Shown: positions 47,264 through 57,479, counted from the stretch's first letter. The stretch is 64,000 bases of DNA from a bacterium (GCA_965216315.1 CBDCFN010000015.1:64001-128000); one strand, 5' to 3'. Translations and numbers: made by a program. Notes: a model not told the origin generated them from the letters alone.

Positions 47264-48240
47264 TATAATAATCCAGCCTTTCGGTATCCAGCAGTTGTTT
47301 TTTCAATACAAGCACTCAGATTATTCAAAGGGCTCCAGCCAAAATCCCGTATGAGCGCGCTACTATCACAGGTAAAAGAGGACACCGTCAGCTGTTGATA
47401 TTGCTTAATATCCAACTGATTCTTAAACGGCAGTAGTTTCGACGCCGCTGTTCCCCCAACCATTAAAGTATAAAGCAAAGGCTTAGGAATCGGAACAACG
47501 AGTATATTTCGCTGCATAACCCGACGAAATTCATCCCACATCTGGCTGATACGCGCATTATCTAGATGAGTTGTAAAATAGGTCCGTTGCTCAGAGCTGT
47601 CATCATTAACAAGACGAATAATCGCATCGACCAGATCATCGACATAGACATAGCTGAATGATTGATCGATCCCTGCCACCCTAAAACCATAACCACGAGC
47701 AGCCATTTTAAAAACAGTCAGAAAAGCCGGATCCCCGGGGCCATAGACGGCTCCCGGCCGGAAACACGTCACGGGCCAGGGAGCTTCGGCTTGTAGATAC
47801 TGCTCGGCAGCCAATTTGGCCCGCCCATAATCGTCGCAGGGTTGTTCGGTATCCGTTTCAGTATGAGGACGGCCGGGTCGATTGGGTCCGCTGACAGCTA
47901 AAGTAGAAGCGAAGATAAAACGGCGCGGCTGCCAGGTCTGTCGCTTGATGCATTCGACCAAATCTTTGACCGCATCAAAATTGTACCGTGTATAGTCCTG
48001 GGTGCGTTCGGCAGCGATGACTCCAGCTAGATGAATTACAAGATCGCACTGGGGCAGTACAAGTTCGGGATCCTTAAAAAGAGCGAGGTCACCTTTAAGG
48101 ATTTGAATCCCGGTCGGTGGAAGTTGCTTGGTTTTGTGCGGTGAGCGTACGAGGGCAATGAGTTCGTGACCTGCCGCGACTAGGGCGCGAGACAAATGAG
48201 TTCCAATAAAACCGGTCGCTCCCGTGACAAGTATCTTCAC
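47263..48240 (-). CDS. NAD-dependent epimerase/dehydratase
   Basis: TGATGFIG, YGRAK, VYGPGD. Confidence 0.9.
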   Translation of the reverse strand: MKILVTGATGFIGTHLSRALVAAGHELIALVRSPHKTKQLPPTGIQILKGDLALFKDPELVLPQCDLVIHLAGVIAAERTQDYTRYNFDAVKDLVECIKRQTWQPRRFIFASTLAVSGPNRPGRPHTETDTEQPCDDYGRAKLAAEQYLQAEAPWPVTCFRPGAVYGPGDPAFLTVFKMAARGYGFRVAGIDQSFSYVYVDDLVDAIIRLVNDDSSEQRTYFTTHLDNARISQMWDEFRRVMQRNILVVPIPKPLLYTLMVGGTAASKLLPFKNQLDIKQYQQLTVSSFTCDSSALIRDFGWSPLNNLSACIEKTTAGYRKAGLL

Positions 48241-49646
48241 AGAGCCAATTCCTGACGTATCGCCTGTAATAATTCTTGTACGCGCTCATTCGACTCCGCC
48301 TCCGCATAGAGCCGCAACAAAGGTTCGGTTCCAGAGGCGCGTATCAGCACCCAGCTTCCATCGGCAAGATTGAGACGACAACCGTCAATACGAAGTATTT
48401 CAGCGATCGGTAGACCCGCTAACGTCTCCCGAGAAAAATCAGTGACGTGTCGCCGAATCTCATTAATCTTATCCGCAGCTAATGCTAAGTCGACTCGCGC
48501 AAAGCGATGAGTCCCAATATCCGCCTCAAGCTCAGTAATTAGTTTTGAAAGTGATTTTTTTTCTTGTGTCATTAATTCGAGAAGCAGGAGACCTGATAAA
48601 ATGCCGTCACGTTCCGGGATGTGCCTCGCTATAGCGATCCCGCCCGACTCTTCTCCGCCGATCATCGGTGATATTTCATGAAACTTTGTGCAGATATGTT
48701 TAAATCCGATCGCAGTCTGATGGATTTTTAATCCGTATTTTTCACACAGCTTATCGATCATTTGCGTCGTCGACACCGTCTTGACTACTTCGCCTGTCTC
48801 GCCACGATTCTCGACAAGATGCTTAAGAAGCAAGGCAAAGATATGATGACTGTTGACATACCGCCCGTTCTCATCACCAGCGCCGATGCGATCCGCGTCT
48901 CCATCCGTTGCCAGACCGATATCCACGCCCTTGGCCCCAACCTGATCCAGTAGCTCTGATAGATTCTTTTCAATCGGTTCCGGTTGGACCCCATTAAACG
49001 ATGGATTGCGCGCATCGTGCAATTCCTTCACACCATCGCCCAGTACCGCTGCAAAATACCCCGAACCCGCTCCATACATAGAATCGGCTACAACATTCCA
49101 ACCGGCCTTACAGATAGCCTCAACATCAATCATTGATTGTAAATGTTCGACATAAGGACCTAAGGGATCAAAGTCTTTTAGAAGCCCTTTGTCTCGGGCT
49201 ATTTCTAAAGACAGGGTTTGTGGTTGTCGCCCTTGCTCGGAGTTGGCAACAACACGATTTTCAATCGGCCCCGTATAGGTCTCAGCCGCGGCACCACCAT
49301 CCGGTTCTTTAAACTTAATTCCATTCCATTCATGCGGATTATGACTTGCTGTAATCATGATACCCGCACCCGCTTTAAACTCTTTAGTCATCCAAGAAAT
49401 ACAGGGAGTCGGACAAAATTGCCGGGCTAAATGAACTTCGATGCCATTAGCGGTTAGAACTTCGGCTGCCGCTTCAGCAAATTCGCGCGACAAAAACCGT
49501 CTGTCATAACCAAGATAAATCAATTGCGGCTGAGAGGACTCAACAAAAATATCGCAGAAAGCTTGCAGCACGCTTCTGACATTATCGAAAGTAAAATCGC
49601 GTGCAATGCGTCCTCGCCACCCGTCGGTACCGAATTTAATTTGCAT
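48237..49646 (-). CDS. Phosphoglucomutase/phosphomannomutase
   Basis: FGTDGWRG, ITASHNP, DGDADR, GEESGG, RASGTEP. Confidence 0.93.
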   Translation of the reverse strand: MQIKFGTDGWRGRIARDFTFDNVRSVLQAFCDIFVESSQPQLIYLGYDRRFLSREFAEAAAEVLTANGIEVHLARQFCPTPCISWMTKEFKAGAGIMITASHNPHEWNGIKFKEPDGGAAAETYTGPIENRVVANSEQGRQPQTLSLEIARDKGLLKDFDPLGPYVEHLQSMIDVEAICKAGWNVVADSMYGAGSGYFAAVLGDGVKELHDARNPSFNGVQPEPIEKNLSELLDQVGAKGVDIGLATDGDADRIGAGDENGRYVNSHHIFALLLKHLVENRGETGEVVKTVSTTQMIDKLCEKYGLKIHQTAIGFKHICTKFHEISPMIGGEESGGIAIARHIPERDGILSGLLLLELMTQEKKSLSKLITELEADIGTHRFARVDLALAADKINEIRRHVTDFSRETLAGLPIAEILRIDGCRLNLADGSWVLIRASGTEPLLRLYAEAESNERVQELLQAIRQELAL

Positions 49647-49647
49647 A

Positions 49648-50589
49648 TTATTTTCCCACTAACTTCGCAGCCAACTTCCCCGCTGCAATCATGCTTTTAG
49701 CGTTCGCAATACCTTTCCAAGCAATATCGAAAGCGACTCCATGATCCACGCTGGTCCGTACAAAAGGCAGGCCTAAAGTCATATTGACCGCGTCTTCAAA
49801 ATGCAAGAGCTTGATCGGGATCAAACCCTGGTCATGGTAAAGGCTGACAACGACGTCATAATCGCCCTTCAGGGCCTGATAAAAAACCGTATCCCCGGGA
49901 AGAGGACCCGTCACCTTAATACCCTGCTGTTGCGCCGCCTTAATGGCCGGCTCCAAATAGCGGATTTCTTCCTGACCAAAAAGGCCGGCTTCACCAGCAT
50001 GGGGATTCAACCCAGCAACGGCAATATGCGGGCTCCGTAAACGATAGCGCGCTCGCATGACTTGATGAGTGAGGCGAATCGTCTCTAAAATGCGTTCGCG
50101 TGTAGCCAACTTGGGAACTTTTGCAAGCGGCTCATGCAATGTCACGAGAACCACTTTTAGTTTTTTACCAACCATCATGAGAAAAGTCTGTTGCTTCGAC
50201 TGCGCATACTCGGCCAATAACTCAGTATGCCCCGGGTGACGCGCTCCGGCGAGGTGAATGTGCTCCTTACAAATTGGCCCGGTGACGATGGCATCACATT
50301 TCTTCTCGAGAACGGAAGCAACAGCCGCACGGATGTAAGCCAGTGACGCCTCACCACAGCGCTTGCGCGGTGAATTGAGTCCGACCGTCAAGGAAGGCTC
50401 GATGACCACTTGATTCATCGGCACTCGCTGCCCACAGGAATGAGCGGCTACTTCAAGAATGTCACGATGGCCGAATATGATGAGTTGCGCCTGTCGCTTC
50501 AGGCTTGGTAGCGCCTTGACAATCACTTCGGGACCGACGCCGCGCGGATCGCCCATAGTGATAGCTAGCGTTGGCTTTTTAGTGGCGAT
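49648..50589 (-). CDS. pdxA: 4-hydroxythreonine-4-phosphate dehydrogenase (probable ATC start)
   Basis: KPTLAITMGDPRGVGPE, GHTE, GLNPHAGE, YHDQG, RTSVDHG. The conserved N-terminal strand lies upstream of the first ATG (50556). Confidence 0.92.
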   Translation of the reverse strand: MATKKPTLAITMGDPRGVGPEVIVKALPSLKRQAQLIIFGHRDILEVAAHSCGQRVPMNQVVIEPSLTVGLNSPRKRCGEASLAYIRAAVASVLEKKCDAIVTGPICKEHIHLAGARHPGHTELLAEYAQSKQQTFLMMVGKKLKVVLVTLHEPLAKVPKLATRERILETIRLTHQVMRARYRLRSPHIAVAGLNPHAGEAGLFGQEEIRYLEPAIKAAQQQGIKVTGPLPGDTVFYQALKGDYDVVVSLYHDQGLIPIKLLHFEDAVNMTLGLPFVRTSVDHGVAFDIAWKGIANAKSMIAAGKLAAKLVGK

Positions 50590-51196
50590 CCTTTATCTCC
50601 ACATAAGTCCGTGTGCGAACACGCGCGATATAGGACTTGAGATGTTCACGTGATTTCTGTTCGAGAATGGCCTGTTCGATTTCTTTTTTAGATTGCTGCT
50701 TTGATTTCTGAGGATAACGGCGGCGATATAAATCGTAGTCTTCTTCACCTACATCAATTTTGCTATAAATTCGTTGTCGCATGAACTTCATCATTTTGAG
50801 ACGTTCTTCTAGATCGTGACGATATGCTTCCCAGGGGACTCCCTTGGCTGCAAGTTCCCGCTTAAGCTGGTCCAAAGTCATATGGTTTTTTGCCAGCACC
50901 ATTCGAACTGTCTGATCAAGCTCGGCCTGCGGTACCTTGATACCAAGACGATCGATTTCCTGACTGAGTAACCGTTCTTCGATTAATTCATCCAGCGTTT
51001 CCTGGCGGCTCATTTTTTTCTTAGAGCCAAAACGTCCCTTACGAACCGCCTCTCTAGCGCGAATATCGGAAAGAAGAATAATTTCCGATCCGACGGTGGC
51101 TGCAATCGCATCAACAAGACCCGCGGCCTGCGCTGCCGGTAATGGCATCAAACTTAGCCCGAGCCAGGTCGCAACAAATAACTTCAATGATTTCAT
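50579..51196 (-). CDS. SurA N-terminal-domain protein
   Basis: Signal peptide; VDAIAATVGSEIILLSDI, LDELIEERLL; mfd-surA-pdxA context. Confidence 0.8.
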   Translation of the reverse strand: MKSLKLFVATWLGLSLMPLPAAQAAGLVDAIAATVGSEIILLSDIRAREAVRKGRFGSKKKMSRQETLDELIEERLLSQEIDRLGIKVPQAELDQTVRMVLAKNHMTLDQLKRELAAKGVPWEAYRHDLEERLKMMKFMRQRIYSKIDVGEEDYDLYRRRYPQKSKQQSKKEIEQAILEQKSREHLKSYIARVRTRTYVEIKDRH

Positions 51197-52131
51197 AGTG
51201 TCACCTCAGCCAGGGCCTCCTCGTTGACTTGAATCGGGAGCTCCTGGCGTAATTGCTCCAAAGTCACGCTAATATTTTCTCGAATCCGTTGTTCCGTCAA
51301 GATCCGTCTGACATCTTCGGTGGCTTCCTTAAGAGAGCGCTTCTTTTTCTTTCGACGATCAACCAGCTTGAACAGGTGATATCCATAGTCTGATTTGATA
51401 ACCTGGCTAAGCTGGCCCTTCTTGAGCTTAAAGCAAGTTTCAGTAAAAACGGGCGGATAATCACCCTTCGTAAAATAGCCCAAATCGCCCCCCTCGGCAC
51501 CTTCGGGCCCTTTAGAATACTGCCGTGCGACCTGTTCAAATTCGGCCCCGGCTTCTATCATCTGTCTCAGTTTGGCCGCCTCCTCCTTTGTATTCACAAA
51601 AATATGCAGCGCCTTTACTTGTTCGGGCCGAATAAAAGCCTCTTTATGTTTACGATAATAAGCTTTGATCTCATCAGGAGTCACCTGTATCTGACTGACA
51701 ATATATTTTCGTATCCAATTTTGTACGAGAAATTTTTCCTGTTGTGCTTGTTCCCATTCACGAACAGTGAGGCCTCGGCTCTCCATCTGGTCTTCAAAAT
51801 CTGTTTCATCATAGCCCTGCTTGAGCCGCGCTAAATATCCTTGTAGCACAACAGAGTCGATAGTCATCCCGTGCCGACGTGCCTGCATCAGTAAAATACG
51901 ATGTTCAATCAAGGCATCAAGTATGGCCCGCTTACGACGTTGCAATTTTTCGGGCGACCGGGGATCCGGCAATAACCCCAATTGCAACTCTTGCATTCGA
52001 AAGGCCTTCTTAAGGTCTTTTGCCGTAATCGCTTCTGCATCAATCGTTGCCAATACGGCCGTCTCACTCCCGGAACAACTTAGCAAAAAAACTACCGTCA
52101 GCAACACTAAGATGGGCTTAAATAACGACAT
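51193..52131 (-). CDS. Parvulin (PpiC) peptidyl-prolyl isomerase lipoprotein
   Basis: Lipobox LLSC; HIFV, FEQVARQYS, GGDLGYF, SDYGYHL. Confidence 0.9.
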   Translation of the reverse strand: MSLFKPILVLLTVVFLLSCSGSETAVLATIDAEAITAKDLKKAFRMQELQLGLLPDPRSPEKLQRRKRAILDALIEHRILLMQARRHGMTIDSVVLQGYLARLKQGYDETDFEDQMESRGLTVREWEQAQQEKFLVQNWIRKYIVSQIQVTPDEIKAYYRKHKEAFIRPEQVKALHIFVNTKEEAAKLRQMIEAGAEFEQVARQYSKGPEGAEGGDLGYFTKGDYPPVFTETCFKLKKGQLSQVIKSDYGYHLFKLVDRRKKKKRSLKEATEDVRRILTEQRIRENISVTLEQLRQELPIQVNEEALAEVTL

Positions 52132-55100
52132 CTACGACACATTTACATGAGGCAATAAGCTCTGCAAGAAATATTGAGGCGCCTTCAAGCGCTCGGAATC
52201 GTTCTCGGCCTCCCCTTGCACAACCAGCTTCATATCCGGAGTCAGGCGATATTTATCGGGATCTTGCTGGACTCGCTCCATAATCACATCCGGCGAAAGC
52301 GGGGTGGAGGCATCAAAACTATAAACAAATTGTTTATGACTATAATGAACGGCGCGCAGCCGTAGTTGTTTGGCGAGCACCTTTACCTGCATCAGCTTCA
52401 GCAAATTTTCCGTCTCGCTCGGCAAGGGTCCAAACCGATCTACCAGCTCCTCTTCATATTGATAGGCTTCATCGAAAGACCGCATCGCCGCCAGCCGGCG
52501 ATACATATCCAAACGCAATGCGGGATCTCGAATATAATCCTCCGGAATGCCCGCAGGCACACGTAAATGTAGTTCGGGTTCGATCACTTCCTCAAAAACC
52601 TCCCCTTTCAACTCCTTGATCGCCTGCTCCAGGAGCTCAACGTAGAGATCGTAGCCAATCGCCTCTAAATGTCCCGATTGTTTATCACCGAGCACGTTTC
52701 CCGCCCCACGTATTTCCAAATCATGACAGGCCATCTTAAAACCGCTCCCCAGCTCACTAAAACGTTTAAGGACCGCCAACCGTTTCTTGGCATCCGCCGT
52801 CATCTCTGCACGTGAGGATATCAGCAAGTAAGCATAGGCCCGTTGGGCTCCACGGCCGACACGGCCACGCAATTGATAGATCTGTGCCAACCCAAATTGA
52901 TCCGCACGCTCGATGAGAATCGTATTGGCGGTCGGAATGTCGATGCCCGATTCAATAATTGTCGTGCAGAGCAACAAATCATATTCGTGATTCGCAAAAG
53001 CAATCATGGCGGCTTCCAGTTCCTGTTCTTTCATCTGTCCGTGGGCGACGCCTATACGGATATCCGGTAAAATACGTTTGAGGCGCTGGGCGGTATTTTG
53101 GATATCCATCACCCGGTTATGGACAAAAAAGACCTGACCACCACGCCTGACTTCACGTTCAACGGCTTCCTGAATCGTCGCATCACTATCAGGTGTCACA
53201 TAAGTACGAATTGAAAGGCGATCTGTCGGCGGTGTTTCAATGACACTGATGCCACGCAGCCCCGACATTGCCATGTTAAGCGTGCGAGGAATCGGCGTCG
53301 CGGATAAAGCCAAGACATCAACTGATTTTTTAAACTGTTTAATTTTTTCTTTTTGCGTCACACCAAAGCGATGTTCCTCATCAATAACGAGCAGGCCCAA
53401 ATTTGGCATATTAATGTCGTTTTGCAGCAAACGATGTGTCCCAATAACGATATCTATTTCACCCGTTGCCAGTTGAGCCAAGGTCGCTTGAATCTCCTTA
53501 CGATTCTGGAACCGAGATAGAATGCCCAGCTTGACCGGATACTGATTGAAGCGTTCGACAAAACTCCGGTAATGCTGAAAGGCCAGCACCGTGGTCGGCA
53601 CCAGTACAGCGGTCTGTTTATTTTCGAGTGCCGCCTTAAAAGCCGCGCGCATAGCGACCTCGGTTTTTCCATAACCGACATCCCCCAGCACAAGACGATC
53701 CATAGGCTGGGGCTTTTCCATATCCGCAATGACTTCTTCAATCGTCCGGTCCTGGTCCTCGGTTTCCTCATAAGGAAAACTCGCCTCAAAAGCCTCAAAG
53801 ATTTCATTGGCCGGGGCAAAGGCATGACCGACACCAGCAGCACGAACCGCATAGAGATTGAGAAGTTCACCTGCCATTTGTCGGATGGCTTTTTGGGCCT
53901 TTTCGCGCACCTTATGCCATGACGCCCCGCCAAGTTTATCAAGTCGTGGCACCTTGGCTCCACCCGTATAGGGAGTCACCTGATTCATTCGATAAACCGG
54001 GACATAAAGTTTGTCTCCTTGCGCGTATTCCAAGACGAGGAAGTCGTTGCCGACACCTTCGAAATCGAGACGTGTCATCCCGAGATAACGACCAATCCCA
54101 TTTTCTTCATGTACAAGCGGGTCTCCCTCTTTGAGTTCTCCAAACGAGAGAAACCGCTCCTGACTGGCGGGACCGCGCACGCGCTTGTGCGCCTTGGGCC
54201 CGAAGATCTCTTCATCCGTAACAATGATGAGGCGCTCATCCGGCCAACGGAAACCACGCGTTAATTCACCCAGCACCACCGGGATTTCCCCCGTCCTGCC
54301 TTGCTGGATTGTCGTATTAAAATCACTGTCCCTTGCCACCAATGACAATTCGTACGGCGCAAAGAGGTCGAGAAGACGTCGGCGTTGGGCCGTCGTCGAG
54401 GCCACAATGACAAGGCGGCACTCTTCCTGCCACTTCGTTAACTGCCCCGCCAACTCTTGGAGCGGAGCATCAGCGGCTTTGCGAATAGTCCAGCGCAGAT
54501 CTTCATTGGCCTCGACCGCTGCATGAAGGCTCGGTCGACCTTCATCGCTCACGCCCCCGATATAAAGAGAAGCACCGTCGACAGGTTCGATCATCGACTC
54601 GTTAATAACTTCATCCGGTTTCACCACCCGCTCAAGGCTCTCGGAGTGTTCATAAACCGTGTTCAATTCAGTCTTGAGTTCTTCGAGGTGTTCTTTAATC
54701 GCGGCACCATCCGAAAAGATATATTGCGTCCCCGCAGGGAAATAGGCCGGGAGATAAGACGTCCCCAGCAAAGAAAGCAACTGTTCCACCCCACCGAAAA
54801 GCATTCCCGACCGGAGTTTGCTCGCACCATCGCGTTTTTCCGTTGCCTTGAGACCGATTTCATCAGCCCGTTTAACAAAGGCCGCGGCCAACTCTTCGCG
54901 CAACTCCTCATCCCAAAGTAACTCGCGCACCGGGACCAACGTCACTTGTGGCAGGGTCTCCAGTGAAGTCTGTTTCTTAGGATCAAAGCGGCGAATCGAC
55001 TCAATCTCGTCCCCGAAAAGTTCAATCCGCCAAGGCGTGTTGTCCAGTGGTCCCCAGAGATCAACGATCCCACCGCGCACGGCATAGGTCCCGCGATCCT

Positions 55101-55596
55101 CAACCAAGGGTGTTTGCTGATAACCCCAGTCCAACAGATATTGCACCAAGATATCCCGATCGGAGGTATCACCCGGTTTTAAAAGCTGCTGTTTGTCGCG
55201 CAGACGTTCCGGCGGCAAGACGTAAGAGGCTAAAGCCGATGCCGAGGTCACAACCACCTGAGGGCCGGGCTCATGCAATAGGGCAATCAATGTCTTGATC
55301 CGTTGGGCCTGCACATCACGATGCGGCGATACCTGAAAATAGGGCAGGGTATCCAAGGGGGGAAAACGATGGACCGCCGCCGCACAACCATAAAATTCCA
55401 ACTCACTCGCGATCTGCTCGAGATCCTTGGTCGTCGGAACCACGTAGACCGTTAACGGAGGAGCCTTGCGCGCTAACAGCCGTGAGACCAAATAGGCCGG
55501 GGCCGAACCCTCAAGGCCCATCAGGCCGAGCGGCGCCTCCGCACCTTGAATAGCACCTAACAGGGTCTCAAGTGATTTACTGTCGTCAGCCGGCAT
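52132..55596 (-). CDS. mfd: Transcription-repair coupling factor
   Basis: UvrB-homology region, RID, GDVGYGKT, DEEHRFG, QLRGRVGR, DLEIRGAG. Confidence 0.97.
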   Translation of the reverse strand: MPADDSKSLETLLGAIQGAEAPLGLMGLEGSAPAYLVSRLLARKAPPLTVYVVPTTKDLEQIASELEFYGCAAAVHRFPPLDTLPYFQVSPHRDVQAQRIKTLIALLHEPGPQVVVTSASALASYVLPPERLRDKQQLLKPGDTSDRDILVQYLLDWGYQQTPLVEDRGTYAVRGGIVDLWGPLDNTPWRIELFGDEIESIRRFDPKKQTSLETLPQVTLVPVRELLWDEELREELAAAFVKRADEIGLKATEKRDGASKLRSGMLFGGVEQLLSLLGTSYLPAYFPAGTQYIFSDGAAIKEHLEELKTELNTVYEHSESLERVVKPDEVINESMIEPVDGASLYIGGVSDEGRPSLHAAVEANEDLRWTIRKAADAPLQELAGQLTKWQEECRLVIVASTTAQRRRLLDLFAPYELSLVARDSDFNTTIQQGRTGEIPVVLGELTRGFRWPDERLIIVTDEEIFGPKAHKRVRGPASQERFLSFGELKEGDPLVHEENGIGRYLGMTRLDFEGVGNDFLVLEYAQGDKLYVPVYRMNQVTPYTGGAKVPRLDKLGGASWHKVREKAQKAIRQMAGELLNLYAVRAAGVGHAFAPANEIFEAFEASFPYEETEDQDRTIEEVIADMEKPQPMDRLVLGDVGYGKTEVAMRAAFKAALENKQTAVLVPTTVLAFQHYRSFVERFNQYPVKLGILSRFQNRKEIQATLAQLATGEIDIVIGTHRLLQNDINMPNLGLLVIDEEHRFGVTQKEKIKQFKKSVDVLALSATPIPRTLNMAMSGLRGISVIETPPTDRLSIRTYVTPDSDATIQEAVEREVRRGGQVFFVHNRVMDIQNTAQRLKRILPDIRIGVAHGQMKEQELEAAMIAFANHEYDLLLCTTIIESGIDIPTANTILIERADQFGLAQIYQLRGRVGRGAQRAYAYLLISSRAEMTADAKKRLAVLKRFSELGSGFKMACHDLEIRGAGNVLGDKQSGHLEAIGYDLYVELLEQAIKELKGEVFEEVIEPELHLRVPAGIPEDYIRDPALRLDMYRRLAAMRSFDEAYQYEEELVDRFGPLPSETENLLKLMQVKVLAKQLRLRAVHYSHKQFVYSFDASTPLSPDVIMERVQQDPDKYRLTPDMKLVVQGEAENDSERLKAPQYFLQSLLPHVNVS

Positions 55597-55619
55597 TATT
55601 AATGATATCCTTTACTTAT

Positions 55620-56630
55620 ATGTCACCTAGCGGATCCAACATACCATCGCAACCTCGCGGCCCCCAGCAGCCCAGAATAACTCAGGAAGGCGGCCGCGAA
55701 TCGGTTGAATCGGTCAAGCCCGACGCTGGCAAGCAGCAACAGGCCCAGAAAGATCAGTTTTCGAAACAAGGCCTCAACAAAGTTCTGCGCCAGATGAAGC
55801 AGATGGTGAGTGAAAAAGGCAAGGGCTTTCAGGCGGGACGCATGCTGGCCGGCAAGACAACGGGGCCCCTTGGAGTCCTCACCGAAGAATTACGTGCAGA
55901 AATGCGGGCGGCCGTTCAGACAGCAAAAGACGGTGACTTTACCGATTTTGAAAAAGTCTTCCTCGAATACTTTATGGGCGAGAAAAGCCTCGGTGTCTTA
56001 CTCGCCGCCGGTGAAAAAAAATACCGTAAGAAACAGCTCCAGCAGTGGAAAGAATTTTTCGAACAACTCTATTCTTATATCCAGGAAAAATCCGCCGATG
56101 CAGAGTCGATACGCGAATTGATTTTTCGCGGCATCTCCAATCAGGATCCGCGTCCCGATGATCCCAAGGCTCAGTCGGGAAAACCGGTGCTGATTGCCGA
56201 CCTTTACATTAAAAGAGAACGTCGCGATCGTTGTGAAAAGTTTGTGCGTCTGGAAATCCCAACCACGGAGGCCCTCAATACGCTGCGCAACTTAGAGCCC
56301 GGCGCCGTCATCAGCGTCGAAACTTTGGTCCAATGCTTTGGCAGTGATGACATCCCCTATCTCTGTCTTTATTACCGTCCGGTCCGTGAGGGAGCTCTGA
56401 CCGCTCAAGGTCATCCCGCCGCCCGCCATATGGCCCGCCATGCCGGCGCCGCCGCCCAAGCGACTGAAGCCATGTACTCCGGCGGCCTCGATGTCTCCTC
56501 CAAGGCCGCCAACTTGGCCGAACATCATGTCAAAGGCAAAGGCGACGAGAAGCTCAAAGAAACGAAAGAGGCCGGCACCGACAACGAGCTCTACAAGCAG
56601 AAGAATCTGCTCGATAAGCTGCTGAGTTAG
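55620..56630 (+). CDS. Hypothetical protein with P/Q/S-rich N-terminus
   Basis: Long ORF divergent from mfd; start uncertain (55602 or 55620). Confidence 0.7.
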   Translation: MSPSGSNIPSQPRGPQQPRITQEGGRESVESVKPDAGKQQQAQKDQFSKQGLNKVLRQMKQMVSEKGKGFQAGRMLAGKTTGPLGVLTEELRAEMRAAVQTAKDGDFTDFEKVFLEYFMGEKSLGVLLAAGEKKYRKKQLQQWKEFFEQLYSYIQEKSADAESIRELIFRGISNQDPRPDDPKAQSGKPVLIADLYIKRERRDRCEKFVRLEIPTTEALNTLRNLEPGAVISVETLVQCFGSDDIPYLCLYYRPVREGALTAQGHPAARHMARHAGAAAQATEAMYSGGLDVSSKAANLAEHHVKGKGDEKLKETKEAGTDNELYKQKNLLDKLLS

Positions 56631-56636
56631 TTCTGA

Positions 56637-57323
56637 TTACTTCGTGTAGAACAACGTCGACTCGATACTGCGTCGATAGAGAAGACCGCGCACGGGTTTC
56701 TTGACAGGACGTCCTTGGCCGTCATGCACCGTTACTTTAACCCAACGAAGTAACTCGCGGCCGACTTCGTGGTACTGACCAGCATTGAGTTTCTTGAGCA
56801 GCGTGGAACTCGCAAAGGCGCATTCACCAATGTTGAACACCAAACTCACGAGTGCATTAAATTGATTCTGGCTCAACGGCACGATCACGAGTTGACGAAC
56901 CGCGTTGACGGCCTTGGCCGCGTCTTGTTTAAGGAGCGCCCATGCCGCCTGGCGGGTAATCCCTTTGGCAAAGCGCGCGTGCTCTCCCGGTAAAAGAAGA
57001 TGCCCATACCCAATCGTCGGATGACCGGCGAGATCCCGATAGATCTGGCTACGATAGCCCTCGAAACGGGCGATCAGACGCAAACCCGCTGCATCGATAT
57101 CATCGACGATGCCCGCCAACTTATACAGTGACAGATAGGTCTTGCGCTGGCGATAGAACGGGGAGTTGGGATCATTCTTGAGTTCATACTTAGTCGGCAG
57201 CCGCTGTGTGGACGGCGGACGAGCCTTGGCCCGACAGCGTTGGCCTATCTCGGTCAACTGAACCAGGTCACGCTCCAAATAGCGACGGAGCTCGGGGGAT
57301 ATGGGTTTTTGCACCGCAAACAT
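56637..57323 (-). CDS. GH24 (phage-type) lysozyme with ~75-aa N-terminal extension
   Basis: FEGYRSQIYRDLAGHPTIGYGH (E-x8-D-x5-T), NQFNALVSLVFNIG, SSTLLKKLNAG, GLLYRR. Start ATG 57323 after AGGA. Confidence 0.88.
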   Translation of the reverse strand: MFAVQKPISPELRRYLERDLVQLTEIGQRCRAKARPPSTQRLPTKYELKNDPNSPFYRQRKTYLSLYKLAGIVDDIDAAGLRLIARFEGYRSQIYRDLAGHPTIGYGHLLLPGEHARFAKGITRQAAWALLKQDAAKAVNAVRQLVIVPLSQNQFNALVSLVFNIGECAFASSTLLKKLNAGQYHEVGRELLRWVKVTVHDGQGRPVKKPVRGLLYRRSIESTLFYTK

Positions 57324-57344
57324 CGCACGTCCTACAGCACCCAT

Positions 57345-57370
57345 TATCGGATAAGTAACCGAAAAGGTGC
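57345..57370 (-). promoter_or_regulatory. Shared motif copy 6 (variant): GCACC-N16-CGATA, 21 nt before ATG 57323
   Basis: Minus strand reads gcacc ttttcggttacttatc cgata atgggtgctgtaggacgtgcg ATG. Confidence 0.55.
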
Positions 57371-57479
57371 TCACAAGTTTTTCTGCTCCCCGCAAAAAAA
57401 TCGGCGACAAACACGAATATTGAGGAATTAGAGGTGCTGATCATGGTAAATACCTGTACCAGCCGGAAGGAGCACAATT

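Noticed and set aside
55540..55620. Shared promoter motif before the 55620 gene
   Set aside because: GCACC copies exist but no CGAW at 16-17 nt spacing.
56637..57410. Prophage suggested by the lysozyme
   Set aside because: No holin, spanin, structural, terminase or integrase genes; flanked by an orphan gene, mfd and gltA.
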